NCBI GenBank assembly: GCA_965197585.1
Contig: OZ240215.1
Location: forward strand, 864,001-928,000
Reading direction: 5' to 3'
Origin: Dehalococcoidia bacterium
Lineage (GTDB): Bacteria; Chloroflexota; Dehalococcoidia; Plut-88900
Length of the DNA: 64,000 nucleotides
Under the pieces are notes generated by a model that had not been told where the DNA came from, did not search any database, and worked only from the letters and a program-made list of their open reading frames with translations. Of the stretch, positions 27,992 through 38,171 are shown piece after piece; within the stretch, counting starts at the first letter, position 1, and each line of letters starts with the position of its first letter. The translations under genes were made by a program, and so were the position numbers.

Positions 27992-29710
27992 CTAGTACGG
28001 TCTTTGCCGACTGGATGCAGGTGTGCTCTGCCCGGCAGGCGCGAAATCGACCAGCTCAAGCTCTAGCCGCTCTCTACCTTTCCAACGGTTGGTCTTGATG
28101 TGATAGACCGCGTCGATCGGGCCGGTCAGTTCACCGAGTCGGTGGCCCATTTTGAAGGCGACTGCATTCCAGACCGACGCCCCATCCTGCAGGGACATCC
28201 TCAAGTGAGACGCGTCGGCGCCCATGGTGCGTACCCCGAGGGGCTTAAGCCTCTTGGAAAGGAACATGGGTCGGGGATTTCCCTGGCCCACGGGTTCCAG
28301 AAGCTGGATGAACTTGAGCAGCCGAGCCTCGATCTGGGTGAGAGGCATGACGACGTCGATCTTGATGGAGGGTTGAAGGTCGAGGTCGCCGAGCCTCTCG
28401 GCGGCGATCTCGGTAAGCCGACCCTTGAGCTCTTCGAGATTTTCGTTGGCGATGACGAAACCGGCGGCCTGGGAGTGACCGCCGTGGCGAATGAACAGGT
28501 CGGTACACTGCTGGAGGGCTGCGGTGATGTCGAACTCGGGGATGGAACGGCAGGAAGCGCGTGAGATCTCGGGCCCGGTGGACAGCACGACCGCCGGTTT
28601 GTAATGCTCTTCGCTGAGCTTACCGGCGACCAGCCCCACGACGCCTGGCTCGAAACCCGGGCCCCCGGCGATGATGATGGGACCAGAAACGGGTGAGTCG
28701 CCAACCTGAGTCTGGGCCTTCGCGAAGGCGTCCTCGGTGTGGCTGCGGCGCTGCCGGTTGCGGGTGTTCAGCTCCTCTGCCAGGGGCTGGGCCTCGGCGG
28801 AGGAGGTAGCCGTGAGAAGACGGTAGCTGGTGATGGCGTGGTCCACCCTGCCTGCAGCGTTGATCCTGGGGGCTAATGTGAAAGAGATGGACTCGGCGTC
28901 CAGGTTACCGGGGTCCACGCCCGCCCGGGACATTAGCTCCCTGAGGCCGGGGCGCTCGGCCCTGTTCAGGACTTCGAGACCGCGTTTTACGAGATTGCGG
29001 TTGTCATCGACCAGCGGCGCCATGTCGGCCACGGATCCTAAGGCGACGAGGTCCAGCAGGCTCTCGTCCTCATCGTGACCTAGATGGGCCCGGAGAGTTT
29101 GAATTATCCTGTAGGCCAAGCCGACGGCCGCCAACTCCCGGAATGGATATTCAGAGTCCTGGCGTTTGGCGTCGATTACTGCGAGGGCGGGGGGGAGGTC
29201 GGGTGGGGGGGTGTGGTGGTCGGTGACGACGACGTCGATGCCCATTTCGTTGGCGAGATTTATCTCATCGAGAGAGCTGACGCCGCAGTCGGCGGTAATG
29301 ATCAGGCCGACGCCCAGGCCGCCGAATTTTTCGAGTCCCTGAACGCTGAGCCCATGTCCTTCCTCCGTTCTATGAGGAATATAGGGAGTGGTGCGGGCTC
29401 CGAGGCCTGTCAAGCCGTTATTCAGCAGGGCCGTTGCGGTTACACCGTCGGCGTCGAAGTCGCCGTAGACTGCGATGAGCTCGCGCTTCTGGATGGCCGC
29501 GGCGATGCGCTCGATAGCCGTTGCGATGTCAGGGAGTAGGTTGGGGTCGGGGAGGGGACGCTGCTCGATGGAGAGGAACTTCTTGATTAGTGAGAGGTCG
29601 GTGAGGCCGCGATTGTATGAAATCTGGGCGGTGGAGAGGGGGATGCCTCTGAGCCGTGACAGCGCGTCCCGGGGCACGGGGGGCGAAATGGCCCAGCGGA
29701 ATTTCGTCAT
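27992..29710 (-). CDS. recJ: ssDNA-specific exonuclease RecJ
   Basis: YGDFDADG, TADCG, TDHH, ALGSVAD, PRINAAGR, GGH.QAAG. Confidence 0.97.
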   Translation of the reverse strand: MTKFRWAISPPVPRDALSRLRGIPLSTAQISYNRGLTDLSLIKKFLSIEQRPLPDPNLLPDIATAIERIAAAIQKRELIAVYGDFDADGVTATALLNNGLTGLGARTTPYIPHRTEEGHGLSVQGLEKFGGLGVGLIITADCGVSSLDEINLANEMGIDVVVTDHHTPPPDLPPALAVIDAKRQDSEYPFRELAAVGLAYRIIQTLRAHLGHDEDESLLDLVALGSVADMAPLVDDNRNLVKRGLEVLNRAERPGLRELMSRAGVDPGNLDAESISFTLAPRINAAGRVDHAITSYRLLTATSSAEAQPLAEELNTRNRQRRSHTEDAFAKAQTQVGDSPVSGPIIIAGGPGFEPGVVGLVAGKLSEEHYKPAVVLSTGPEISRASCRSIPEFDITAALQQCTDLFIRHGGHSQAAGFVIANENLEELKGRLTEIAAERLGDLDLQPSIKIDVVMPLTQIEARLLKFIQLLEPVGQGNPRPMFLSKRLKPLGVRTMGADASHLRMSLQDGASVWNAVAFKMGHRLGELTGPIDAVYHIKTNRWKGRERLELELVDFAPAGQSTPASSRQRPY

Positions 29711-29729
29711 TCCGGGCAGGAGGAAAGGA

Positions 29730-30419
29730 TCACCAGAGGGATAGTCCGCTGCGGTCCAGCTCTTCGTTGTAATCGTTGGCGAGGGTGAAGGCGCGGATAG
29801 TGAGGTATACCCAGGCGGTAATCCCGATGGTAACGAAGACGTATGTGTATTGCAGGTTGGACCAGACCATATACGTGGTTAGCGTAATGGCGATCCCGGG
29901 CAGGATGAATCTACGGCCGCGGAGGGGGTCTGACTCCCCGGTCGGGTAGGCAAGGAAGATGAGGGCGGCCCAGGCCGGTACACCTAGGGCGTAGAAGATC
30001 GGGCCTTCTCCGATGAAGGTCAAGAGCACAAAAATACCCCAGACGATGGAGCCCGCAATCATCAGTGATAGGCCGGTGATAACCTTTCCAACATAGATGT
30101 GCCCTACTCCCCAGATTCCGATCATGCTGCAGAGGGAGGCCAGCATGGCGGCGGTGTCGGGGTCCTTGCGGGGAAGAGGGGGAAGGTCTTCTTCACGGAG
30201 CTCGGCTTCGGGCGGGGGCCAGGTCAGCGGTCGGTAGCCATCCAGCCTGATGATGCCGTGGCCGTTTCTGATTACATCAGGGTCAACGCTGTGGAGGAGC
30301 GAGTCGGGAATCGGGCCCCAGGAGTGTCCGCCGCAGCCACGGCACTGGGTTTCCCTAATGGCGGCGATAACCGAGCAGTGCCGGCAGACCTTGGAGTCTA
30401 CAACCGGGTTATACGGCAT
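29730..30419 (-). CDS. Hypothetical membrane protein with N-terminal zinc ribbon and TM2-like segment
   Basis: CxxC...CxxC, K.P..A.LAS....GVGHIYVG, several TM helices. Confidence 0.7.
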   Translation of the reverse strand: MPYNPVVDSKVCRHCSVIAAIRETQCRGCGGHSWGPIPDSLLHSVDPDVIRNGHGIIRLDGYRPLTWPPPEAELREEDLPPLPRKDPDTAAMLASLCSMIGIWGVGHIYVGKVITGLSLMIAGSIVWGIFVLLTFIGEGPIFYALGVPAWAALIFLAYPTGESDPLRGRRFILPGIAITLTTYMVWSNLQYTYVFVTIGITAWVYLTIRAFTLANDYNEELDRSGLSLW

Positions 30420-30603
30420 GGGGCTTGCCTTCCGAAAGATCCCGACCAAGGCAAAAGGCACTATAAGTCGGGAAGAACCGATGCACTAACTCCGAGGCCA
30501 CACGGGTCACGATTAAGACCCTCCCATCAACTACCTGGCCGAAATATACGCGAACGGTACGATCGGGTGGTGTCGGGGCCCACCCCGGGTTGCAGTGAAC
30601 CGG

Positions 30604-30963
30604 CTACTTGTCTTTGGTCATTATCGACGTGAGAAAATCGCCGATAAATAAGTATCGGAACTCCCTGCCCTGATTGCACCGGAACGCGCCGTACATGGCG
30701 TAAAGGACGGCCAGTAACAGGATCAGTAGGAACCCAGGACCACTCACCATCTGGATCATAAGGGCCAGAAACACCATTAGCGCTTGGAAGATGAAGGCCT
30801 GCAGGGCCTGAAAGCCTACGTAATTAGAAGACTTTCTCTTGAATACCCAGATGGCCATAGTAATGACAATGGGGGGGCCTGGATATAACAGGTTAATTAG
30901 TAATGCAGAGTGGGCAAGAGCGGCCCACATGCGTTCGGAGGAGCTGATTTCGCCGGGTTGCAA
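30604..30963 (-). CDS. DUF4870 family membrane protein
   Basis: ER.WAALAH, S.YV.FQALQA..FQ, G..FRY..IG. Confidence 0.8.
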   Translation of the reverse strand: MQPGEISSSERMWAALAHSALLINLLYPGPPIVITMAIWVFKRKSSNYVGFQALQAFIFQALMVFLALMIQMVSGPGFLLILLLAVLYAMYGAFRCNQGREFRYLFIGDFLTSIMTKDK

Positions 30964-31198
30964 AGCAACTCACCTCGTAAGTTATGGGTAGGTATGGCCC
31001 TGTCAGACAGCCTGATTATAGCATACGCCGGGGGTTGGCCTTTTGGGAGAAGTAGCACCACACATCCCCGTCAGAGGAACAAGAATTATGGGTCATCACA
31101 AATGGCCTGCATTTTTGTTGGCCATTGGCTAAAGGAGCATGTAGAGGGACAGGGTTGATGGGTATTGGCGTTTAGGCGGCTGGGGAGAGATATGCCTA

Positions 31199-31248
31199 AA
31201 ATTCCTCGCGGAGCCTCGGAATTACAGCAAAAAATATCGGAATGACAC
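31199..31248 (-). repeat. Degenerate REP-like palindrome(s)
   Basis: ATTCCTCGCGGAGCCTCGGAATTACA followed by TCGGAATGACA (reverse complement TGTCATTCCGA). Confidence 0.5.
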
Positions 31249-31285
31249 GTAAACGGATGCAAGTAGGGGGGAGGGAGTGGGTCGG

Positions 31286-32530
31286 TCAGGCGGGGGGTTG
31301 GCGGAAGACGAGCACCGAGTTGTGGCCGCCGAACCCGAGAGAGTTGGAGAGTGCGACCTTTACCTCGCCGCGGCGGGGGATGTGGGGGGTGTAGTCCAGG
31401 TCGCAGTCGGGGTCGGGGTCTTCGAGGTTTATGGTGGGTGGGATTTCGCCTCGGTCTATGGCTAGTACGGTGATGGCGGCCTCAAGAGCGGCTGCCGCTC
31501 CGATGAGGTGGCCGGTCATGGACTTGGTAGAAGAGATTGGGATGCGGTAGGCCTCTTCCTGGAAGACTTTCTTGATGGCAAGGGTCTCGAACTTGTCGTT
31601 GAGGGGGGTGGAGGTGCCGTGGGCGTTGATGTAGTCGATATCGTCGGGTTGGACCTGGGCGTCTCCCAATGCCATCTTTATGGCTCGAATGCTGCCTTCA
31701 CCGCCCTCGGCGGGCGCGGTGAGATGGAAGGCGTCTCCGGAGGTGCCGTATCCAATGAGCTCGGCAAGTATGGTAGCCCCGCGCCCGACGGCGTGATCCA
31801 TATCCTCGATCATCAGCATTGCGGCGCCTTCGCCCATGACGAAGCCATCCCGGCCCGCGTCGAAGGGACGGCAAGCCTTCTGGGGTTCGTCGTTTCTCGT
31901 GGACAGGGCCCTGGCGGCGTTGAACCCAGCAACGGCGATGGGGGTGATGCTGGCCTCTGCGCCGCCGGTAATCATGGCCTTGGCCTTGCCGGCCTGGATC
32001 AGCTGGTAAGCGGCGCCTATGGCATCGCTGCCGCTGGAGCAGGCGGAAGTCGTACAGAAATTGGGTCCCTTGATACCGAGGTCTATGGAAACCTGTCCGG
32101 AAGCCATGTCGGTGATCATCATGGGGACCAGGAAAGGGCTGATACGAGAGGGGCCCTTGTCCCGGAGCACGTTGAACTGCTCCGATAGCGTGATAAGTCC
32201 CCCGATGCCGCTCCCGATAACCGTTCCTACGTCGCCCGCGTTTTCGTCGGTAATTTCAAGGCCGGATTGGGCGGCGGCCTCCCTGGCGGCGATGACGGCG
32301 AACTGGACGAAGCGGTCCATACGCCGTGCGGCCTTCCGGTCAAGGTGATCGTTGGGGTTGAAGTCGGAGACTTCTGCGGCGATGTGGGTCTCGTAGTCGG
32401 AGGAATCGAAGGCGGTGATATAGCCCACGCCCGACTGACCGGAAATCAAGCTCCCCCAAGTAGACTCGACGTCCATTCCGAGAGGGGTAACCAAACCAAC
32501 GCCTGTGACTACTACACGGTGGTCAAGCAC
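31286..32530 (-). CDS. fabF: 3-oxoacyl-ACP synthase II
   Basis: RVVVTG.G..TPLG, SACSSG, YINAHGTST, KSMTGH, SNS.GFGGHN. Confidence 0.97.
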   Translation of the reverse strand: MLDHRVVVTGVGLVTPLGMDVESTWGSLISGQSGVGYITAFDSSDYETHIAAEVSDFNPNDHLDRKAARRMDRFVQFAVIAAREAAAQSGLEITDENAGDVGTVIGSGIGGLITLSEQFNVLRDKGPSRISPFLVPMMITDMASGQVSIDLGIKGPNFCTTSACSSGSDAIGAAYQLIQAGKAKAMITGGAEASITPIAVAGFNAARALSTRNDEPQKACRPFDAGRDGFVMGEGAAMLMIEDMDHAVGRGATILAELIGYGTSGDAFHLTAPAEGGEGSIRAIKMALGDAQVQPDDIDYINAHGTSTPLNDKFETLAIKKVFQEEAYRIPISSTKSMTGHLIGAAAALEAAITVLAIDRGEIPPTINLEDPDPDCDLDYTPHIPRRGEVKVALSNSLGFGGHNSVLVFRQPPA

Positions 32531-32555
32531 TGGAAAGTCCTGCCTTTACACGGAT

Positions 32556-34100
32556 CTAAGGGGAAGGCTGCTTTGCAGGGGGCCCCTGGTCCAGGAGTTC
32601 AATGCCTCGGCGGTAGGTCTCAATGTCGGAGAGGGTCCTGTACTGGCGGAGGAACTTGATAACGCTCTCCCGGGTTGTGGAGACCTCGTTGATCATTCTC
32701 CTGATCCTGTCCATCCCTCCGTCTCCCACGGTGCGCCAAAGGGAGGCGTACTGCTCATAGAACTTTTCGCCCCCCAATTTGGTCGGCAATACGCTGTGGA
32801 GGAAGTCGAAGAAGTGGGGCTCCTTCGTAACCAGCTTGCTGTGCATATCCTTCCACTGACCGGTGCCGGGCAGGGGAGTGAGTATTGTGTAGTTGGGAAA
32901 CTCGATCCTGGTCTCGTTGACCTTCTCCTTGAGATTTTCGAAGTTATTATCCATCCAATGCTGGAAGATCATAACGGCGCCCCAAATCCGAATGCCCATG
33001 CTGTGGAGGATGTCGATGGACTTCTCGTTGTCACCGACACGGGTGCCCTTGGCAACGGAGTTCAGGTCGCTCTGTTCAAAGGATTCAAGGCCGACTAACA
33101 CGGTGTCGAGCCCGGCCTTGGCCCATTTTTCGAACTTCTTGGGGTTTCGGACCACGTTGTCGGCGCGGACCTGCATCCAGTAACGTTGGCCGAGATCCAT
33201 GTCGATGATCTTGTCGGCGAGGTCGTCCATGGGATCAAATCCCGGCGGGTAGGCCATTTTGAGGGAGCCGGGAAGCTCCTGGATGGCCAAGTCGTCGACA
33301 ATGTTGATCCACGAATTGCGGGGGAGCTTGGAAAGCTCAAGGAGCGTGCGATCGTTGCCCTGGACCTTGTACTCGCCGCGGTGGAACTCGTGGACGGAGC
33401 AGAAGTTGCAACGGTAGATGCAACCGCGAGCCATTTCTACGGAGTAGGGCTTGGTGTGATATAGGAAGAAATAGTCGTCCCTGTACTGGTCTACGAGATG
33501 CCGGGCGGGCAGAGGGCGCTCGTTCATGGATAGGGAGTCGAACTCCTTAAGGGAGCTCTTCTTTATTACTTTGGTGTTGGACTGGTCGAAGTCCCCGCTG
33601 GCGGTGCGGTAGATAACCTCGGGTATAGAGTCGAGTCCCCGGTCATTCTGGAGGCTGAGTACAAGGCGGCGGAAGGTGTTCTCACCGTCGCCGATGACGA
33701 TTGCATCGATGTCCGGGCTGAATGCGTCCTGGGGTGCGAGGGAGACGTGATGACCGCCTACAATGATGATTATGTCCGAGGATATCTTCTTGATCTCCCG
33801 GGCCAAGTTCTTAACGGACGAGACGTCGACCGTGTAGCCCTCTCGTATACCGACTACGTCGGGCTTGAACTCCTCGATGACCTGGGCCAGAGGCTTCTTG
33901 TCGACGCGCATGTCATAGATACGTACGTCAGCGATGTCGAGGAGGTTTCCGGCCAGGTATTCCAAGCCCAGGGGTTCGACAATCACCGTGGCGTTAAAGC
34001 CTACAAAGAGGCTGTTGGGCGGCTCTGTTAAAAGGACTCTGCGGGGACGTTGGTACGTTCGGGATCCTACGCCCCTAGTCGCCTGAACAGTCATGGGCAC
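32556..34100 (-). CDS. Cobalamin-binding radical SAM protein (HpnR/BchE-like)
   Basis: EPLGLEY, VGGHH, GDGE, RGCIYRCNFC (CX3CX2C), LTPLPGT, FDFLHSVLPTKL. Confidence 0.88.
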   Translation of the reverse strand: MPMTVQATRGVGSRTYQRPRRVLLTEPPNSLFVGFNATVIVEPLGLEYLAGNLLDIADVRIYDMRVDKKPLAQVIEEFKPDVVGIREGYTVDVSSVKNLAREIKKISSDIIIIVGGHHVSLAPQDAFSPDIDAIVIGDGENTFRRLVLSLQNDRGLDSIPEVIYRTASGDFDQSNTKVIKKSSLKEFDSLSMNERPLPARHLVDQYRDDYFFLYHTKPYSVEMARGCIYRCNFCSVHEFHRGEYKVQGNDRTLLELSKLPRNSWINIVDDLAIQELPGSLKMAYPPGFDPMDDLADKIIDMDLGQRYWMQVRADNVVRNPKKFEKWAKAGLDTVLVGLESFEQSDLNSVAKGTRVGDNEKSIDILHSMGIRIWGAVMIFQHWMDNNFENLKEKVNETRIEFPNYTILTPLPGTGQWKDMHSKLVTKEPHFFDFLHSVLPTKLGGEKFYEQYASLWRTVGDGGMDRIRRMINEVSTTRESVIKFLRQYRTLSDIETYRRGIELLDQGPPAKQPSP

Positions 34101-34351
34101 TCCCTGGGCCGTGCGGCCCTAGCAGGTCATACAGGGTATGGGTGAAAAAAGATTCGGGTGAAAACAAGGTAATCATCAGACTTCTTTCGGATGTGAATTA
34201 TAACACAACAGCCTAATGTCAAATCTGGGGATGGCTGAGCAGGCGGCGACCAGGTGGCATTACGGGTGCGGGATACCGGATAATGTATGGCGTATGTGAA
34301 AAGTGCATGGCCGGACAGAATTTCTTTCCAGCATTATGCAATTATCTAACA

Positions 34352-35692
34352 ATGCCGAGCAAACTATCAACAGGAAGATCAGATAAGCCTCGCGTTGCGG
34401 TAGCGGCGCACGGGTGCAAGCTGAACCAGGCCGAGGCGGACGCAATGAGCCGCCGACTGGCCGAGGTAGGGTTCGAAGTTGTACACCAGTCCGCCGAGGC
34501 TGACCTCTACGTGCTGAACACCTGCAGCGTGACCCACGTGGCCGATGCTAAAGGCAGGCAATGGCTCGGGGGGGCGCGGAGGAGGAATCCGCAGGCAAAG
34601 GTGATCGCGACGGGATGCTACGCGATGCGGGCCACGGGGGAGGTTGAAGCGCTTGAAAGCGTGGATGCGGTGGTCCTGAACAGGGACAAGGGTCGGCTGG
34701 CAGAAGTGGCGTCGGAGTTGATGGCGGACTGGGAAGATGGGGTCGCTCGGTCTCCTATCCCGGATGCGAGGGGGGTGGGGAGGAGCAGGGCTTTCGTGAA
34801 GATTCAGGATGGGTGTAATCAGTTTTGCGCGTTCTGCGTAATACCTATGACCAGGGGCCGGGAATTCAACGTGCCCCTGGACCAGGCCCTGATCGATATC
34901 CGTGCACGGTTGGATGAGGGATTCAAGGAAGTGGTTATCACCGGCCCCCAGATCGGCTCCTACGGCCAGTACCCGCCAACCGCCGAGTTTCGCCGAGACC
35001 CGGAAGGGTATGATGGTCGGCTGCACGGGTTGATTGAGAGGGTGTTGGAAGAGACGGACCTACAGCGGTTGAGGGTCTCCTCCATACAGCCGCAGGACGT
35101 GACGCCAAGGCTGCTGCGGGCGTTTGGCAGTGCTCGGGTGTGCAGCCATGTTCACATAGCTCTGCAGAGCGGAAGCGACGCCGTACTGAGCCGCATGGGC
35201 CGACGATACAGGGTGGATGAGTATAGGAAGGCGGTATACAGATTCCGAGAAGCCATCCCCGGCATTGCCATCACGACCGACGTGATGGTCGGGTTTCCGG
35301 GAGAGACTCGGGAGGAGTTCGAAGAGAGCTACCGGTTCTGCCGAGAGATGGCCTTCGCAGCGGTGCACGTGTTCCCGTATTCTCGGAGGCCCGGGACCCG
35401 GGCGTACGATTTCGATGGAGCAGTGCCCGATGAGGAGAAGCGGGACAGGATGGGCCGGATGCTGGCGCGGGCAGGGGAGTTGTCGGTGGAGTACCGTCGG
35501 GCTTTCCTTGGGAAGCCGCTGGACGTGTTGTGGGAGGAGAAGGTACGGGTGGACGGGTCGGAGTATTGGTCTGGGCTTTCGGATAACTACATCCGGGCCT
35601 ACGCTTCGGACAGTGGAGCCGCGGAAAATGAAATTACCCGTGGGGTAGCCACGAGTGAAGTTGGCAAGGGGTTGCTGGTGGAAAGAGCTTAG
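34352..35692 (+). CDS. mtaB: tRNA t6A37 methylthiotransferase MtaB
   Basis: GCKLNQAE, NTCSVT, TGCYA, KIQDGC..FC.FC, FPYS.RPGT, G.SDNY. Confidence 0.92.
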   Translation: MPSKLSTGRSDKPRVAVAAHGCKLNQAEADAMSRRLAEVGFEVVHQSAEADLYVLNTCSVTHVADAKGRQWLGGARRRNPQAKVIATGCYAMRATGEVEALESVDAVVLNRDKGRLAEVASELMADWEDGVARSPIPDARGVGRSRAFVKIQDGCNQFCAFCVIPMTRGREFNVPLDQALIDIRARLDEGFKEVVITGPQIGSYGQYPPTAEFRRDPEGYDGRLHGLIERVLEETDLQRLRVSSIQPQDVTPRLLRAFGSARVCSHVHIALQSGSDAVLSRMGRRYRVDEYRKAVYRFREAIPGIAITTDVMVGFPGETREEFEESYRFCREMAFAAVHVFPYSRRPGTRAYDFDGAVPDEEKRDRMGRMLARAGELSVEYRRAFLGKPLDVLWEEKVRVDGSEYWSGLSDNYIRAYASDSGAAENEITRGVATSEVGKGLLVERA

Positions 35693-35711
35693 CCCTGGTG
35701 GAGTAGGGTAA

Positions 35712-36551
35712 CTAACAGACTTTGGCGGGGTTGAGCAGGACTCGCCCATTGCGGCTTTCCACGTAGCCGGAAATGGTCTCTGGGTCGTGGGCGAAGACCA
35801 GTAGCCAGCCGTGTTTCTCGGCGTCTTCCAGCAGCTTGCGCTTGCGCTCCATGCTCTCCATCGGGTATTGATCGAAGGCGGGGATATAGGGCAAAGGCAG
35901 GTGATGGGAAGTGGCGACCAGGTCTCCCAGGATCACGGCTTTGCGCTGGCCCGTGCCGGCCATGACTAGCTGGTGCCCTGCCGAGTGTCCCCCGGTCAGG
36001 ACGGTATCTACGCCTTTTTCAATCTCAGTGTCTCCATCGAGCAGCTCGAGCTGTTTGTTGAAGAGGAGCGGCTCGAAATCGTCGGGGTGGTAGGCGGCCT
36101 TGTTGCGTTCGTTGGGGTGTGTGGCCTCTTCCCAGTCAGCGCGCTGGACCAGGTATTTTGCCTTTGGGAAGGTCGGGACCACCTCGCCCTTTGAGTTGAA
36201 GCGGGTGCAACCGCCCACGTGGTCGAAGTGGAGGTGAGACAGAATCACGAGGTCTATGTCCCGGGGCCCGAGCCCGTGCTCCTTGAGACGCCGTAGGATC
36301 TTGCCCGCGGAGAGTCCATAAATGTCCTTGTCTCGGTCGGACTCTTTTTTGCCGATGCCCGTGTCGACGAGGATGTTGTGGCCGTTGGAGTGGATGAGCA
36401 TGCAGTTGAGGCCCATTTGAAGCCTGTTCCTGCGGTCGGCTTTGACTTTGCGCTGCCAGAGGGTCTTAGGAACGACGCCGAAGATCGCGCCCGCGTCGAG
36501 TTTGAAAGTACCGTCACTAATGACGTGAACGTCGATATCTCCGAATTTCAC
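35712..36551 (-). CDS. MBL-fold metallo-hydrolase (YtnP-like)
   Basis: DG.FKLD.GA.FGVVPK..W, SHLHFDH.GG, GH..GHQ, F.HDP. Confidence 0.9.
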   Translation of the reverse strand: MKFGDIDVHVISDGTFKLDAGAIFGVVPKTLWQRKVKADRRNRLQMGLNCMLIHSNGHNILVDTGIGKKESDRDKDIYGLSAGKILRRLKEHGLGPRDIDLVILSHLHFDHVGGCTRFNSKGEVVPTFPKAKYLVQRADWEEATHPNERNKAAYHPDDFEPLLFNKQLELLDGDTEIEKGVDTVLTGGHSAGHQLVMAGTGQRKAVILGDLVATSHHLPLPYIPAFDQYPMESMERKRKLLEDAEKHGWLLVFAHDPETISGYVESRNGRVLLNPAKVC

Positions 36552-36590
36552 AAGCCACCTCCAGAAACGGGATGGTGATAATGGTCTAAA

Positions 36591-36666
36591 TGGTGCGCCT
36601 GAAGGGATTCGAACCCCCGACCCTCGGTTCCGAAGACCGATGCTCTATCCGCTGAGCTACAGGCGC
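36591..36666 (-). tRNA. tRNA-Arg(TCG)
   Basis: Reverse complement GCGCCTGTAGCTCAGCGGATAGAGCATCGGTCTTCGGAACCGAGGGTCGGGGGTTCGAATCCCTTCAGGCGCACCA; anticodon loop CT-TCG-GA; encoded CCA. Confidence 0.95.
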
Positions 36667-36700
36667 AAAGTGTTCCGCCGGGTGAAGTTTTGAAAGGACA

Positions 36701-36777
36701 TGGGGTGAGCGAAGGGATTCGAACCCTCGATCTCCAGGGCCACAACCTGGTGCCTTAACCGCTAGGCTACGCCCACC
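36701..36777 (-). tRNA. tRNA-His(GTG)
   Basis: Cloverleaf with G-1, anticodon loop TT-GTG-GC, GTTCGAATC T-loop, CCCA end. Confidence 0.95.
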
Positions 36778-36891
36778 ATGAGCAGAGACGTGTGGCGGAT
36801 TCTAGCATCGGGCATTAGAGGGGTCAAGGAAAAAAGGTGATGGGCAGAGGGACCGCATTGCTTTCGGAAGCCTGAATGGCAAGTAAACGGA

Positions 36892-37611
36892 TTAGTGTTC
36901 AGGGTTATTGTCCGGTTGTTTGAGGAGGTCGGGGCGGCGGCGCTGGGTCTCAATCAGTGATTGCTCCTTCCGCCAGGAATCGATGTGCGCGTGGTGACCC
37001 GAGAGCAGGATTTCCGGCACCGACCAGCCCCGAAACTCGGGGGGACGGGTGTACTGGGGGTACTGGAGTAGTCCGTCGGTGTGGGACTCACGGGCGGTTG
37101 ATTCCTCGGAACCCAGGACCTCAGGCATAAAACGGGCTACGCAGTCGATGACGACCATGGCCGCAAGCTCTCCGCCGGTGAGCACGTAGTCTCCGATGCT
37201 AATTTCGTCAGTAGCGAGATGATCAACAATTCGCTGGTCCACGCCCTCGTAGTGGCCGCAGAGAAGAACGATGTCGGGGTGTTGGGCCAATTCCCCAGCG
37301 ACCTTCTGGGTAAGGAGCCGACCCTTGGGGCTGAGCAATATCACGGGAATCGGGCTGGGTGTGGGTTGCGTCTTGCTGATGTTTGCAAGCTGGGTCTCGA
37401 CTGCTTTGAAGACGGGCTCGGGCTTCATAACCATGCCGGGGCCTCCACCGTACGCGTAGTCATCGACGATCCTGTGCTTGTCCTCGGCGTAGTCACGGAT
37501 GTCGTGGAGGTGGACGCTGATCAAACCCCTGTCCCGGGCGCGCTTTATGATGCTTTCGCTGATCGGGCCGTGAAACATGGTGGGGAACAGGGTAAAGACG
37601 TGAAAGTTCAT
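36892..37611 (-). CDS. trmD: tRNA (guanine-N1)-methyltransferase
   Basis: [41 protein letters not shown]. Confidence 0.97.
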   Translation of the reverse strand: MNFHVFTLFPTMFHGPISESIIKRARDRGLISVHLHDIRDYAEDKHRIVDDYAYGGGPGMVMKPEPVFKAVETQLANISKTQPTPSPIPVILLSPKGRLLTQKVAGELAQHPDIVLLCGHYEGVDQRIVDHLATDEISIGDYVLTGGELAAMVVIDCVARFMPEVLGSEESTARESHTDGLLQYPQYTRPPEFRGWSVPEILLSGHHAHIDSWRKEQSLIETQRRRPDLLKQPDNNPEH

Positions 37612-37629
37612 GGCGAGGGCTGGAGCCTG

Positions 37630-38115
37630 CTAGTGAGCCGTGTCGCCTTTTAGCAGGGTTAGAGCGTGGGATAGTACAGGAGAAATGGCGTCCAGGCATT
37701 CCCGGACGGCCTTCGGGCTGCCGGGCAGGTTGACTATCAGGCATGAGCCCTTCGCGCCCGCTATCTGACGGCTGATCATGCCCATCGGTGTCTTTTCCAT
37801 GCTGGCGAGGCGCATGGCCTCAGGGATGCCGGGGACCTGGCGTTCTATGACGGACAGGGTGGCCTCCGGGGTGATGTCCCGGGGCCCGAGGCCCGTGCCT
37901 CCAGTGGTCAGTATTAGGTCGACATCGCCGCTGTCAGCCCATTCCCGTAGGGTGTTGGCTATCTGGTGCTGATCATCCGGCACGATGACATATTTGGCTG
38001 GATTCATGCCCAGTGCGGTAACCATTTCGTTGATGAGAGGCCCGCTCGCGTCCTCGCGCTTGCCCTGGGCCCCGAGATCGCTGCTGGTGAGTATGCCTAC
38101 GTTGAATGGGGACAT
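37630..38115 (-). CDS. mog: Molybdopterin adenylyltransferase Mog/MoaB
   Basis: T.SD...G.RED.SG, VPD, TTGGTG..PRD.TPEA, NLPGSPKAV.E. Confidence 0.93.
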   Translation of the reverse strand: MSPFNVGILTSSDLGAQGKREDASGPLINEMVTALGMNPAKYVIVPDDQHQIANTLREWADSGDVDLILTTGGTGLGPRDITPEATLSVIERQVPGIPEAMRLASMEKTPMGMISRQIAGAKGSCLIVNLPGSPKAVRECLDAISPVLSHALTLLKGDTAH

Positions 38116-38171
38116 GTCTTTTGGTATCCGCAATCCATGATAGCACGGTAGGAAATCGGCGCTGTTTTGCG

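Noticed and set aside
36591-36777. tRNAs as a genomic-island integration site
   Set aside because: No integrase or duplicated tRNA 3' end nearby; flanks are ordinary genes
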